Assembly (NCBI RefSeq): GCF_009914755.1 | Contig: NC_060947.1 | Reading direction: 5' to 3' (one strand) | Source of the DNA: the human T2T-CHM13v2.0 reference genome, Homo sapiens | Length of the DNA stretch: 64,000 nt | Shown here: one piece after another, positions 1 to 14,330 of the stretch | How positions within the stretch are numbered: the first letter of the stretch is position 1 | How the letters are laid out: each line of letters starts with the position of its first letter | Made by a program: the position numbers and the translations under genes | The notes under the pieces: generated by a model | Told to the model about the DNA's origin: nothing | The model's input: only the letters and a program-made list of their open reading frames with translations | Databases searched by the model: none

Positions 1-1029
1 ACTGGAAGACAAAACCACAGTTCAGAGTCAGTACTAGTAGGAGCCATGTTATAAGTATCTAATAAGGAAGAGACAGTGATGAAATAAGAATGTTTACCTA
101 ACACTAGAGTGGTCTGTTAAATCAATTATTTGATGGAGACATACACTGTCAGGTCAATAAATGTTTCGTAAGAAGGTGACTAAGTGAATAATCTCAAATA
201 ATCCCGAGAGACAACATCTTGTGAAATTCCTAGTCTGTTTTAAGAGTGGAAGCAAGGCAGGCCTTAAGAGGAAGTGCAGAAATAATGGAGAAGGTGTGTA
301 TATTTGGTATTCTTTGGAAAATGCATTCAAACCAGAAAAACAAAACATAAAGATAAGGAATCCTTTTTAAGATTTAAATAACAACTCTTTAAGTAAAACC
401 AATAAGAGACCAAAGAGTCACTGAAAGAGCCTTGGAAATAAATATCAGGAAGCAACTAAAAGGTTCCATCTGTGGAAGAGTTTCGCTAATCACAAAAAGT
501 GCTGAGAGCACAATGGTCATTTTTTTCCCATTTAACCCTCCATATCTAAGCATACCAAGAAACAATTTATAGCCTAAGAATCTATGCCATTAAGCATTCA
601 TTCCACCTTCTTCTTGGCTCTTATTCTGGATTATTTCTGTTTATATCACTGGTGATATTTTGCACATTTAAGGCAAAAATATCATAGAATCACTGTCAAA
701 CTTTTTGAGTGAATACATTTCTGATTACAGTACTCTTTTGCCTAAAACCCTTTGATGTCTCCTCCTTAGCTCCAGGACAAAGTCCAAATTCCTTAGCCTG
801 GTATCCAGTGCGGTGTGCTTTTACTTAGATGGAATAAAATCAAATAGCCACTACATAATAGTGAATGATAACAGTAGAAGTTTACTGAGCATGTATTAGG
901 TGCTAAGCACTTCATGTGTGCCATGTATTCACTGCCTCCAACAATTTCATTTTATAGAGGAAGTGATGGAGGCACAGAAATGGATGGCGCACAGTGAGGA
1001 AAACACTGACTGCTCATGAAGCCCGTAGC

Positions 1030-1660
1030 CCCTTTTTCGTGGGCATTCAGCTAGTCTACATTTCCCAGCCTCTCTTGCAGTTAATAGTGGTCATATGACT
1101 GGAGTCTAGCTAATGGAATGTCAGAGGAAGTGACAAGCTTCATTTCTAGCCCCAGTCCATAAAAACCTGGAGACAGCATCCAGGCAACCTGCATAGCCAT
1201 GTGTGGTAGTCCCAGGAGTGGACCACATTTTTCAGTGTTCTTTGCCTAGTGTAGTCCCCTGCCCTTCAAGCCCGCCTGGCTCTATGAGTTACTTTAACCA
1301 ACTGAATGTGGCAGAAGGGGATGCCAAGCCCATTCTGGACCTGAGACATAAGAAGGCATGGAAACTTCTGCTTTTGCATTCATAGGACCCTTGAGCCCCC
1401 ATGACATAGGTGTAGCCACTATGTTGAAGAGACCACGTGGAGAGGCAATATAGCCAGCGTGAAAGGTTTAGTTGCCCCAATGTCTCAACCTAAATCCAGC
1501 CCACCCTACCTCCAGCTGAATGAAAGGAAGAAGCAGCCCAGGTTCAGAATCATTGCTTGGAGCACAGCTGTCCCACCAATTGTGGCCAATCTAACAGTAT
1601 GAATGACAAATAGACTTATGTTGTGAAATTTGGGGATGTATCTGATATAGCAGCTGACCT
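1030..1660 (+). mobile_element. MaLR LTR (MLT1H/I/J-like)
   Basis: CTACATTTCCCAGCCTCTCTTGCAGTTA...GGAATGTCAGAGGAAGTGA signature. Confidence 0.7.
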
Positions 1661-4546
1661 CACTTTCCTGAACTTCCCATATGAACACAGATAATAAATC
1701 TAAGCAGCCTGATCTGGAGCCCTTGCGCTTGAAACTCCTCCTATACTTCTCCCCACTGAACGACATCATGACTCATTTCGTCCCTTCCTACATTCTCACT
1801 TGGAAACAGAGTAGTTGATCAACTGGATGGTAAAGTAAAAATTGCTCTTTATATATTGTTTTGCTGAGCATGTAGAAAGTCTTTAATATAAAAGAAGACA
1901 AATATATTTCTAATGACATCCTTCAGATTTTGAATAATATATAGCCAATGGTTAGAAATAGGTAATGCTTTTATCTTTCAAAATCATGACTGACTCATAA
2001 AATGGCACAGTGAAATTTCATTTAGATTATATTCATTACTGATAAACCTTCCATTGGTCCTGGTAACCTTTTTTGAGTGTAGCATAGAGTTCGCATGTAA
2101 GGTCTTAATATTTTTTTAAGACTATATATAAAAATGCAAATTGTGAGAGACATTTTAGTTCATCTGCTGCCTTACAGTGCTCAGTGAAAATGTGGTACCA
2201 TCAGTTTAACCATCAGACTCTATCTTTGTATTGCTCAGAACTTCCAGGGGCTAGGTGATAAGCCAATGTATATTCTCTCATTGCTGCCATTTGCTTCCTT
2301 AACTGTAGCTGTCCGTCCTTTCCCCATTCCTAGCACCCTGACCTTGGTCTAATTGCTAGCGTCCTTCTGATGCTACTGTGACCTATTTGCACGGAGAGAA
2401 TGTTTTGGATCCTTCAGATCTAAACTCTACCATCAAAGCAAATCTAGTAACTGGAAAGCTATTTAAGACCATGAATCTGAAACAGTCAAAACCACAATAA
2501 AGAACAACTAAAATTTACTGAGTACTTATTGTCTCCATGAATACGCTATCCTCTAGGAGGCAGGCACTAGAATTATCTCTATTTTGCAGATAAGAAAGTT
2601 GAAACAAAGAGAGCGTAAAGCGTAAAGAGCTTGCCAGAAGTCACACAACTGGCAAGTAAAGAGTTGGCACTCAAACCCAGGCAGTCTGTTTTCAAATGCA
2701 ATAATTTTAACCCCTAGGCAATATCACAGCATGCCAGCAACCTTTTCTTTATTCACTTCCTTGGAAGACCTATAAACAAAGTAAGTATGACACAGAGCAT
2801 CCAACAGAGACTGGAAGGCCTCTCTGCAACTGGGAGAATTTTGGTAAATACATAGATGACAGCTCAGGGCTCAAAGCCCTGTGGAATTGAGACACAGAAA
2901 TATGCAGAAACAGAGGCAGGGCACCAGGATGAAACAGAGAAAAGAAAGCCAATAGATGGGGCAATGACCTCCAGGAATAAGGAGAGGGACAGGTATTTCA
3001 TTTAAAGAAAAAAGGAACAGCCATGTTAGAAAACCTCCTGGATGCCAGATCCTTTACAAGTAGAACTAGCCACTCTCAGTTTTAGGTAGGGGTGTAACAC
3101 CATGAAAGAGATGTTTTAGGAAAGATGAATGAGGCCGAGTGGTGCAGAACTGATAGGAAGGGGATAAAGAGAGGAAGCAAACTGAGTCTACAATGTAACC
3201 GGTAAACGGAGGCTCTACCTGTGGAATGAACTGATAAGAAGCGAGTCTAGGCAGCAATAAAACAAGCTGACTCTAGGAATTCTTTCTTTATGAGAGTCCC
3301 TCTCTTTTTCCAATAAATATGGATCCCCAGAAAATTAAGCCCAAGATTATAGCTGGAGAAATACCTTTGAGTACAGAGTGTGAAATTTGCATCTCATTTT
3401 AGGTGCCCAGGAGGGTTGACCTAGAGAAAAGCATTTTATCTTGATTCTTATGGAGAAATCTGTATATCGCTGGTTCTACCACACTGCAGAGAATGGTACT
3501 TATTTTGTAGCTGCTCCTTCTACTCATGTAGTGAGGAACGCTGAGTTATAAGGTTGGATGCTTCAGGTTTCTTGAAATAAGAAGGAAACTCAGATAAGAG
3601 GGCACTCATTCTAGGTAAGATGTCATGTGAACTCTTTGTAGGGCAGGTCATTTATTCTGTTATGGGTATATTCACTGCTCATTAAACATGGAATGGATTT
3701 CAGAGCAAGATTACCTAAAAGATACAGGGATGCTGAAGTACTGTCACCTCAAACTGAAGAACCCAATCCCAAGTCAGATATTTACAAATCAGCAGGATAT
3801 AAAACAAGCCTTAAGGATAGAAGAATATCGTATTTAGGAGCTTGAAAACTCTTAGGCCAAACAAACTAGGCAAAATAAAAAATGCCAAAGTGAATTCCTT
3901 TCCACTTTCTCATTTCAATGCTATATTTGGTGACATTGTGTTTCATCAATTGCACTTTGGCACTTTGCAAAAGTCTCTTCTCAGTGGGGTTCTTCTCTAA
4001 TGAGAAAGGAAAACAATTTCCTCAAAATTACATGCGACTTCATAAACATATTAAGTTAATAAATTAATTTTGGATATCATCAAATATATAGACGTTGCTT
4101 CTAATCTGTTGCCTAAAATGTGAGCTGTGGACAATGAGCCTCTCGGTTTTACTGTAAGATAATTTATCCTATTAAACTCTTTTAATAAGTAATTCAAAAT
4201 CTACATGAATTGTTGTACCACTTCATTCTAAGTGGGGAAAAGCAAGTTATTCATTTTTAGTTGCAGTCTGGTAGTTAACTCATCTAAATCTTGTAGAGTA
4301 AATGAGCAAGCAAGCTGCTTTAAATAAAAATATATGCGGCTACATTTCTAGGCTGCAGAAAAAGTCTAGCATTAATGATATTTTCAGAATCATCTTCCAA
4401 AGCAAAATGACCTCAGATACAAGTGGTGATACATTTTAGAACAAATGTATTCTCCAAGGACCAACAGTTCTCTAAGTTCATTGCACATTATAATTACTTG
4501 CTGTAGTTTTCAAAAATTTTTATGACCATGTCCCTCTCCCCAAGAA

Positions 4547-4753
4547 CAGCATGGTCCAATAGACTTTTCTATAACAATGGACATTTTTGTTAACAGTACT
4601 AATTGCTAAGGTGGCTACTAGCCACCCGTGGCTAATGAGCACTTGAGATATGGCCAGAGAAACTGAATATTGAATTGGTAATTGTATTTAATGTTAATTG
4701 ATTCAAATTTAAATTACCACAGGTGGATAGTGGCTACTGTATTGGACAGCACA
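4547..4753 (+). mobile_element. MER3 (hAT-Charlie MITE)
   Basis: CAGCATGGTCCAATAG...GTGGCTACTGTATTGGACAGCACAG termini. Confidence 0.8.
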
Positions 4754-6796
4754 GGTATAGACCAAGTCAATTAGACTGTCTGGGGTTGGGGCTCAGACAA
4801 TGATATATTTATAAAGCTTTCCCCAAAATTCTAAGGTGCAGTCCAGGTTGAGAACCATTGTAATGGCCAGAGCTTAATGAAACTATCAGGGAAGACAAAT
4901 TCCTTGAACTTTTTCCAGGATCCATAACTTTTCTCCAAATTCCACTAAGAATTTGTCATGTACCTTTGCTTCCCTCCCTCCTGCCTCCACTCCTCATTTC
5001 TTGCACCCTTCCACATACTCATGTGATGACTGCACTCTCCATATATTCCTTCATTGACTGATTCTGCCAGATTTCTCCCACACCGAGAGCATAACGTGCC
5101 CTCATCTCAAAGCTCAGATTCTTTTTTTCCTTTCTCTTCCATTGACAGCAGAAAGAAAACTTAACAATGCTACCAATTAAGAGATTAAGTCTCCAAGCAC
5201 ATACATCCATAATTTAAAATTGTTTTTCACGTGCACAGGCTTGATCCAGATGTCACTTTCCATGAGCTCTGCCATAGATGTGATGGGGAATATTTTGAAC
5301 AGTAGCACAATTAAGCAGCTTTCATCTTATCTGTTCATTTTGCCACTGTTTCATTCAAATGGGATGCAGTGTTATAGCACAGTGGTTACAGGGAGGACTC
5401 TCCTTCTGGCTGCCTGTGTTTGAATTCAAGTTCAGCATATAACTAGCCATGTGAGTATCCAACGCTTTTAAGCCTCAATTACCTGCTCTGTAAAGTGGAG
5501 ATAAAATAGTCCTGTAGGGAGGAGAGAGCTATGCATGTAACACTTATGATAAATGAACGTGTCACATGCGCTGATAGACCCAGGTTTTGATTGCTTTTTC
5601 CCTACACCCCTCCCCAAACCTCACCCTTTTTTTTTGGTAAATAAAGCAAATAGCGGGGCCAACTTTTGAAGGAGAAAGTCATGAAATCCCTAAAAGCATG
5701 TTCCAAGTATTTGATAAATTAACGTGGCAATATGAAGACCATTTTGAAAACAGTTACAAAAAAATCAATTATATGGTAATCTGATTTTTAAAAATTATTA
5801 AAAATTTTTATTTTAATGAGTCATTTTTCTTGACTTCCATGCCACCAGTTAATATTAATAGGATGGACAAGGAAGGGTATGCTGTAAACATAGCTACATT
5901 TTATTTCATTTGTAAAAAAAAAAAACCAGTAGACTCAGAATTCCAGAATTCAGTGATATGAACATAAAGAACATGATGTCCAATGTTCAAGTACATAATC
6001 GCTTTGTTGACCTTTTGGTAATTTTAACTGTTGTACCCTAACAACATGTTCCCATGTCATTTTCACTCATGGGCATTACTGATTTGTGCACGTTCACATT
6101 TTCTACACAGAGTTTTGCTGCTTCTTTCTTGTTAAGTATCCATCTATGGGTAGATTTTTTTTTTTAACCTCAGAAACTACAAAATTACAACCCATTAGCA
6201 ACATAAAAATTTGTAGTCACCACAACTACTAATTAGTGGTGCACAGTAAGGATTATTCATCAGTGACTCACAGCACAGATAAAATAAGCTGAGAGCTATG
6301 TCCTGGATCTAAATCCAAAAGATTTAGATATGTGGGGAATGACTATCATCTCTTGTACATATAGTGTGTACCCATTATTATTCCAGTCCCTTATGGTGTA
6401 CTCATGGTTTTAATCATTAAACAATCTTAAAATGTGAGGTTTATTAATATGCCCATTTTATAGATGAAGAAATCAAAGCACAGGGCAGTCAAGTAACTTG
6501 TCCCAGGACACATATTGCAAGTGGCATGGCTGAAATTCAAACTCAGGGACCTTAGTCCTGAGTTTGTGGTCTTAACCACTATCCTATGCTACTTTTCTGC
6601 ACCTTGCTCTCCTACTCAAGAAAATTCATCAAAATAACTGTATGAGGTGGTTCTAGGCTCATCTCTAATTCTCTCTCATTTAGTTTTCTTACAAATATTC
6701 TAAAGTTTGTAACTTAATTATTATAGGTAATAAATTACTTCTAACACATTGACTGAGGCATGCCTTGACCTTGAGGTGGCAACTGTTGACTTAAAG

Positions 6797-7000
6797 CAGG
6801 GTCAGCAAAGGACAGCCTAAGGCCTATTTTTGTAATCAAATTTTATTGGAAAACAACCACACCCACTCATTTACCTATTGTCTGTGGCTGCTTTTCCGAT
6901 ACAACAGCAAAGTTGAGTAGTTGCAACACAGACAGTATGATCCGCAACACCTAAAATGTTTTCTATCTGATTCTTTACAGAAAAAGTTTGCCGACCCCAG
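6797..7000 (+). mobile_element. MER58A (hAT-Charlie)
   Basis: CAGGGTCAGCAAA...TTTACAGAAAAAGTTTGCCGACCCC termini. Confidence 0.85.
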
Positions 7001-7107
7001 ATCTGGACCCACTGAAAAGAAATCACCAGATATATGACATAGGGGATGACAATGTTCACATTTCATGGTGGAGCATTTCACTATTTCAAACAGCAAAGGA
7101 ACCACAT

Positions 7108-7333
7108 TTTTTTTCTGTTTCTTTTTTTAATTAATTTTAAGTTCCAGGGTACATGTGCAGGATGTGCAGGTTTGTTACATAGGTAAACATGTGACATGGT
7201 GGTTTGCTGTACCTATCAACCCATCACCTAGGTATTAAGCCCAGCATGTATTAGCTATTTATCCTGATGCTCTCCCTCCCCCAACCCCACCACCGGACAG
7301 GACCCAGTGTGTGTTGCTCCCCTTCCTGTGTCC
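7108..7333 (-). mobile_element. L1PA 3'-end fragment
   Basis: GTACATGTGCAGGATGTGCAGGTTTGTTACATAGG signature; TSD AGGAACCACAT at 7097-7107 and 7334-7344. Confidence 0.9.
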
Positions 7334-9389
7334 AGGAACCACATGTTTTTAAAACTATGTTTGTGACATCTCTGTATGTATGAGCAGATGGGTCCACAGA
7401 GATCACTCAATGTCTAATTTTCTTTTACGCACATAATGAGAAAAAGCTCAGGGAGAAAAAGTGAAATCAGTAGCATGGACTTTAGTATTTGGTATGAGCT
7501 ACTTATTAGGAATCAGCATTTCTTCCAAGTATTCTCGAAAGAAAAGACATTCATACTAGAGTGATGCCTATCAAATCCACTATGGCCGGCCTGAGAAACT
7601 TGTAATTAAAAACTACAAACATTATAGATTTGTCTCCATATTAAATAGATTTAACTATCTCTACATCTATGTGTATCTATATGTATCTCTTGACTATTAT
7701 ATATTTATTATATGATGAATTATATATGTGACATATTTCTATCTTATATAGACAAATATTTATAATAGGTATGTGATAATACACAGTGGGTAAAGGGTAC
7801 GTATGCAAATGCATCTTGCTTTAAGTAAACCAATTATTTGAAAATACACACAATAAAATTAGGGGCAATGATTCTGTGGTTCAAATACATCAGTATGGGT
7901 TCCCTGCAGTGACCCAGGAAAACTGAAGCAAAATCATTTTTAACATTGCTTCCTATGTCTCTCCTACTCACACTCAGAAAGTCACCAGTTTCTGTGGATC
8001 CCACCTCATTAAAAACTGTCCTTTCCTTTAACACTTCCTCTCTGGGAATGTCCACCAGCACTTCCACACTCTTGTAGGCTGTCTCTCCCTACAAAGCAAA
8101 ACTCATCTTGTCCCTTCCCTTTTGAAAGCCATCATTGAGGCTCCTAGCTTTCCAGATGAAGTTCTCAACTCTGAGGTGAAAACACAAGATCGCTCAAGAT
8201 CTGGCCACTGCTTAGCTCTTGGGCTTCACCAAGCCTCACTTACTTCACATCCCTTAATTTCAGCCACATGGAAGAGCCCAGAGGACTTCATGGTTAGGGT
8301 GAGGGGTGCTCTCAGCCCAAATGGCTTCCCCATGCCTTCCTACTCACCCTGTAATGCTTACTGAGCATCACCTCCTCTGAGAAGCCCTGTCGTCCCCCTA
8401 CAGGGACATTACAAATGAATCATCACATTAACAAGAAAATCATACCATCTAAAACACAAACAAGTTTACTATGGACCTATAAGGAACACCAAAACATGAC
8501 CAAAGGAAATTCACCTTATGTTTGTTAAAGAAGGCGAATCTGCTTCTTTCAAGGTTCCAAATGACCTAGACACTTGAGATGTCTAGACAATCACTTGTGA
8601 TGTCTCATTGAGGGAGGAAAGAGGAGGGGTGGGAATGTTTAAATGTCAGCTATTTTTCCAGAAAACTCTAACGTCACCGATACGTCCCTCCTATGTAACC
8701 ATCACACTCATCTCCCCCCGACCCTGCCCCATCTCAGCTATTTTCTTGACTCTTATTTAAACATTGGAAAGCTATTTGATTATCTATATTTGTGCCTTTT
8801 CTCCCTGGCTAGACTGTAGGTTCTGGAAGAATAGAAACAGCACTAACATTTTGTGCTTTTGTATATTTGCTGGTTGAAAGAAAATTTGAAGGAGAGTAGC
8901 AATTCTGTCTATACAGAAAATCATTTCTGTCTATTAGCATGGAAACAAGACCAGCAGGGAATATTTATATTTAGGACATTTATTTTAAAGTAGCTAAAAT
9001 CACTTCCAGTAAAAATGCAAAAAAAAGAAAATCTTGCTTCCTGACTTTTAGTATTAAGAGACAAACATGTAAAAGGGAAAATTGAAAAGGGAGAAACCAA
9101 CATGAAGTATGACACCAAATGCAGGTATGACGTGAAAACAAGCCATCTGCACTTACTGGTTCACATCTGATTTTCTAGCTGCCACTTTTCAGATTTATTT
9201 TTCAAAAATGTTTTCTCCTCAATATACGACTTTTAAAATGATAAATTACACAGTATTTCACAGACCTGTGTAAATACTTTTGCTCTGATGTATAGAAAAT
9301 CATGCTTTCTCTGAGCAATGAAGCATATTGAAATTTACATTTTCAAAAATAAATTATAGTAAAATAATAGAAGAGCTTGGACATAAAAA

Positions 9390-9925
9390 TCATATGCCAT
9401 AAAAGTTACCACTTTAAAGTGTATAGTTCTGTGTTTCTTTTTAGTATACTCATAGATAGTGTACAACCATCATCACTGATTCCAAAACATTTTCATCACA
9501 CCAAAAGGAAAGCCCATACCCAGTCACTCCCCATTCCCCTCTCACCCCAGCCCCTGGGAACCACTAATCTACTTTCTGTCTCTATGGTTTTGCATGTTTT
9601 TGACATTTAATATAAAAGTAGAATCATATAATATGTGGGCTTTTTGTGTCTGGTTTCTTTCACTTAGCATGTTTTTGGAGTTCATCCACGTTGTAGCATG
9701 TGTCATTACTTCATTCATTCTTATGGCAGGATAATATTCACTGTATAGATATACTAAATTTTGCTTGTCCATTCTTCAGTTGATGGGCATTTGGGTTCTT
9801 TCCACATTTTGACTGGTATGAATAAAGCTGCTGTGAATATTCATACACACTTTGTGTGAACGTAGGTTTTCAATGATTTTGGGTATATAACTAGAAGTGG
9901 AATTGCTGGATCATATGGTAACTAT
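9390..9925 (-). mobile_element. L1M (L1MB-like) 3' fragment
   Basis: Typical L1 3'UTR/ORF2-end text (CCACTAATCTACTTTCTGTCTCTATGG, GAATTGCTGGATCATATGG). Confidence 0.85.
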
Positions 9926-10644
9926 GTAGCCAAAAACAAAAACAAAAAACGTAGACAACATGACTCCAAATAGCAAGATTCAAACACTTATTTTAGTGCA
10001 AAACTTGTTTTCCGCCTCATTCCATTCACATGAGATATCAACAATTACAAGAAAACTCATGCAATGTTTCCACTTCATATAGATCAGCCATCAGAGCTTT
10101 TTCCAAGCTGTGATAAGGAACACAATCCTTCAGTTTCTTTTGCTTTTTACAGTCTGATGAATATGAGTGTCTTGAAAAATTTAGAGGTTTCTAGTATTCT
10201 TTTTTTTTTAAAAAAAAAATTAGCCCTGTAATGGCTATACCACAAAGAGTAGATTAACTAATTTAATCATTTATGTTTATATTTTAACTCTAAAGACTAA
10301 TTGTTGATATCCAGCATGGCAATTTTACTTGTTAAAGTACAGTTCAGAGTTTAGTTCCTTTCAGGGAGATATTCTTGCCTATATCAGAAGAGAAGCTAAA
10401 AAGAATGCTACACAAAATAGATCAATAGGCTTGCTTTAATTACTCTTGTCCTCTTTGATTTTATTGCTTACTGGGTGAGGAAAAGCCAGAAGAATTTAAT
10501 ACCCCTTACAAGATAGTCATTGCACATTTCATGAGTTGCTAGGGTCAAAAGCAGATGAACAAATGCTGAACTTCTTCCTGGCTCTACAGAACACGACCCC
10601 ACACCCTCCAGGGTTGAGAAATGGAAGAAGCCACTAGGATAGGT

Positions 10645-11115
10645 AGTGCAGAATAATATCTCTCACCCCTAAGGTTTCCACACCCTGATTTCTGGAACCT
10701 GGGAATGTGTTACCTTACATGGCAAAAGGGACTTTGCCCATATGATTAAGTTAATAACCTTGAGAGGGGGACAGAAGTCTAGATTATCCAGGTGGGCCCA
10801 ACGTAACCACACAGGCCCTTAAAATAGGACAACCCCTTTCAGCAGAATTCAGAGTTTGAGGAAGATGTGACTATAGAATAATGATCTAAGAGATGTAATA
10901 TTGCTGGCCTTGAAGCTGGAGGAAGGGGGCCATGAGCTAAGGAGTGTGGGTGGTTTTAGAGCCTCCAGAAGAAATGCAGCTCTGTCAACACCTTGATTTT
11001 TGTCCAGTGCAACCTGTGTCAGATTTCTAACCTACAGCACTTTAAGATAATAAATGTGTATTGTTTCATGGCACTAAATTTATGGTAATTTGTCACAGCC
11101 ATGATGACAGATTAA
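10645..11115 (+). mobile_element. MaLR LTR (MLT1D-like)
   Basis: GTTACCTTACATGGCAAAAGGGACTTTGC...AAGATAATAAATGTGTATTGTTT. Confidence 0.85.
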
Positions 11116-12440
11116 TTCAAAAGAAATCAGAATATTTTTATGCCTGCAAGGGACACATACATTATTTAATGCAGGATTTTCCAAGCTGTTCCATAATCAA
11201 ATATATTTGAAAAAGTTGTGCATGGTAGCTTCAACTTAAGTAGTCACAATAAACAATAAGAATAATAGAGAAGTCCTGCAGAGGGGAAATCATAACTCGG
11301 AGTACCTCCTAAATACACTTGCTATAATCTCACCTCCTTCTATTTTTTATTTTTTTTTAATTTTCAGACCATCTCTCCATATCACTCGAATTCCCCAGAA
11401 TATAGTTGGGACATGCTAAACTAATTCCATCTGCTCAGAACCTGAGGCACAATGGGAAGAAGTGACAAGCCAAGGTGCAGCTTGGCAACACAAAGACATA
11501 ACCCTGGACTCATACTCTCCATCTGGAGTCCCGTCCAGGATGCCACTCTGTCTTGCTGTATCTGCATCACAGATAATGGCAATAACAAAGGGATGCAGCC
11601 ACAGTGTGTTTCTTAAGGTTCAGACCTAGCTTAACATGATGACTTGTTTTTCTATTGCCAGAATTTATGAAAGTTAGATCTTTGGTGGGAGAAGAGGGTA
11701 TCAGGTGAAAATCAACCCAACAAAGCTCCTAACAGATAAATTTTTCTACTTAATAATATCAAAAACAATACAGCTGCTTTAGCACTGAATATATTTTATT
11801 ATTTAAGATAAAAGCATTCAACACACTATTGAAAGTTTAATAACTTCATATTAACAAGAGTAATACAATAAAATATTTCCCCACAGTGATTTATCCTGTT
11901 CCTAAAAATGCCTAATTCTGCTGCCAAAGTCTATTTTCCACAAATTCTAGTTTCCAAATGTTAACTTGAGAAGGAACAGAGAGAGACAACCAAATGCCAT
12001 TGTCTTCCATCATAGCACTTAATGTTTTCTCCACATTTCCATTTCCCATTGCCTGTGTTCCAAGAGTTATGAGCCCCTTGTCCTTTGATGTTTTTTCAGA
12101 TATGCATTATCCTCATCCTTTTTCCAGGATACACAATGGGACCCCTTCTTCCACCCCTCCATTTTTTTTTAATAATAATAAAGATTATGACTAATAAACC
12201 TAACAACTTTCGACACTTATTTTTTTGCCAAAGACTATGCCAAGTGCATCACATTAATAATCTCATTTAATCTCAACAACAACCAATTGAGGTAAATATT
12301 ACTATTAATATCTATATTTAACAGATGAGCCAAATGAGGCAGAGAACTTAGGTACTTTGTCCTAGGTCACATAAAAAGTGGCTGAGCCAGAATCTGAACA
12401 TAATCTGATTTAGAGCTGGGGTCTTCTATAAGCACTAGCT

Positions 12441-12652
12441 TAGTAGTCCTCTACTGGGGTGATTCTGCCCCTCAAGGGACATTTGCCATTGCCTGGAGAC
12501 ATTTTTGGTTGTCACAACTGAGGAGGAAAGTGCCAGTTGTGATGGGTGGAGTCCAGGGATGCTTCTCAACATCCTACAGTGCACAGAACGGCCCCCACAG
12601 CAAAGAATGATCCCACCCTAAATGTCAACAGTTCCAAGGTTGGGAAACACTG
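12441..12652 (+). mobile_element. MER20
   Basis: GGGACATTTG...TGGAGACATTTTTGGTTGTCACAACTG...AAATGTCAACAG. Confidence 0.88.
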
Positions 12653-13097
12653 CTCTAACCTAATGTCTCCCAATGTCAGCTCATTCTGAATGGGACATTT
12701 TTTGGTAAGACATGCAAATGGCTCTCACCTCCAGGTTAGAATCTTCTTTCTCTACTTGGGAAAGGAGGTTATCTCAATCTGGAGTGGATGGTACTTAGAG
12801 CCACAGAGTCCATTTGGTGTATATTATCATAGCATCAATGTACTCAAAAGTTTAAGCTGGCATCCTGGGACACTAGGTCATTTTATCTTTTTGTCCCTCA
12901 GTGGATACATGAAAGAGGCACTAGCTCACTAGAGCGTGACTGAAAAGAGCCAGAAGATTCTGGTTTTTGTTAGTCTTGCCTTGTAGTCAGGAAGACACAA
13001 TAGCAGCGTCTGTGTCACAGATAATGGTAATAGCAAAGGGGTGTATCCACAATAGGTTACTTGAGGTCCAGACCTAGCTTAAAAGTCAAAATATTTA

Positions 13098-13265
13098 GGC
13101 CAGGCATGGTGGCTCACATCTGGAATCCCAGCACTTTGGGAGGCTGAGATGGGAGGACTGCTTGAGTCCAGGATTTCGAGGCTGCAGTCAAGACATGATT
13201 GTACCACTGCACTCCAGCCTGGGCGACAGAGCAAGACCTTGTCTCAAAAAAAAAAAAAAAAAAAA
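13098..13265 (+). mobile_element. Free Alu monomer (FRAM/FAM-like)
   Basis: Single arm with right-arm 3' end and A tail; TSD AAAAGTCAAAATATTT / AAAAATCAAAATTTTT. Confidence 0.85.
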
Positions 13266-13289
13266 TCAAAATTTTTTTCGGAGCAGTTC

Positions 13290-14330
13290 TGTGAATACCA
13301 TTTGACCCAGCAATTCTAATATCTACTTTATAGCAATACTTGCAAAATGTGCAAGATACATTTGCAAAGACATTCACTTCAGTACAATATCTGATAGCAA
13401 AAAAACCCAGTCACCAATAAAAACAACGGAAATGTGAGCATATGTTCACCAAAATATGTGTGCTAGAATGTTCATAGCAGCATTATTCAAAACAGCCCCG
13501 AACTGTAAATTATCCAAATGTTCGTGAAAGTAGACTGAATAAATTGTGGTATATCACATAATGGAAAACTATGCAGTAATGGGAATGAAAAAACAAACTC
13601 CAACCACCTACAACAATACAGATGAATCCCAGAGACATCACGTTGAGCGAAAGAAGTCTGACATAAAAAATAACATGCTGTAGGATACCAGTAATGTAAT
13701 CTATAAAACCAGATAAAACCAATATATGCTACAAAAATACAGAATAGGGGTTACCTTTGGGGAGAAGTGACTGGAAGGGAGTCCAAGGGATCCCTGTGAG
13801 GTGCTGGTCAGGGATGGTTCTCCATCTGGCACAGGTGTGTTCACTTTGCAGAAATTCATTAAGTTGTAAACTTATGTGCACTTCTCTACATGTGTATTAT
13901 AATCTACCAAAATATATATATTAATACTTATATATAATTAATTTTATTATATATTAGTTATATGCATATATGTTTAAAGAAACATAAAAAACCTAAGTGT
14001 CCATCAGTGAGCAACTGGCTAACTAAACTACGGGGTATCTATTCAGTGGAATTCTGGGCAGTCATGAAAAAAAGTGGAGTAGTTCTCTCTGAATAAATTT
14101 GGAAAGATATCCACTATATGTAAAGTTAAACAAAGAAGTTGCAGAACACAAGTTATGGACATAAATGTTTATTATAATTTAACAGGGAGATCTGGGGTTA
14201 TATATTCTCAAATGGTTATTAGTGGCCATCACTGGAGGATGGGATTTGTGGGACTTTGACACTGCCTAATGAATTTTTATAGTGTTGGAATTTATTTACA
14301 TGTATTATGTTTGTACTGAGGGGAAAAAAG
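13290..14330 (+). mobile_element. Old L1M (L1MC/ME-like) fragments
   Basis: CCATTTGACCCAGCAATTC, ATGTTCATAGCAGCATTATTC, AAGTGTCCATCA motifs. Confidence 0.75.
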
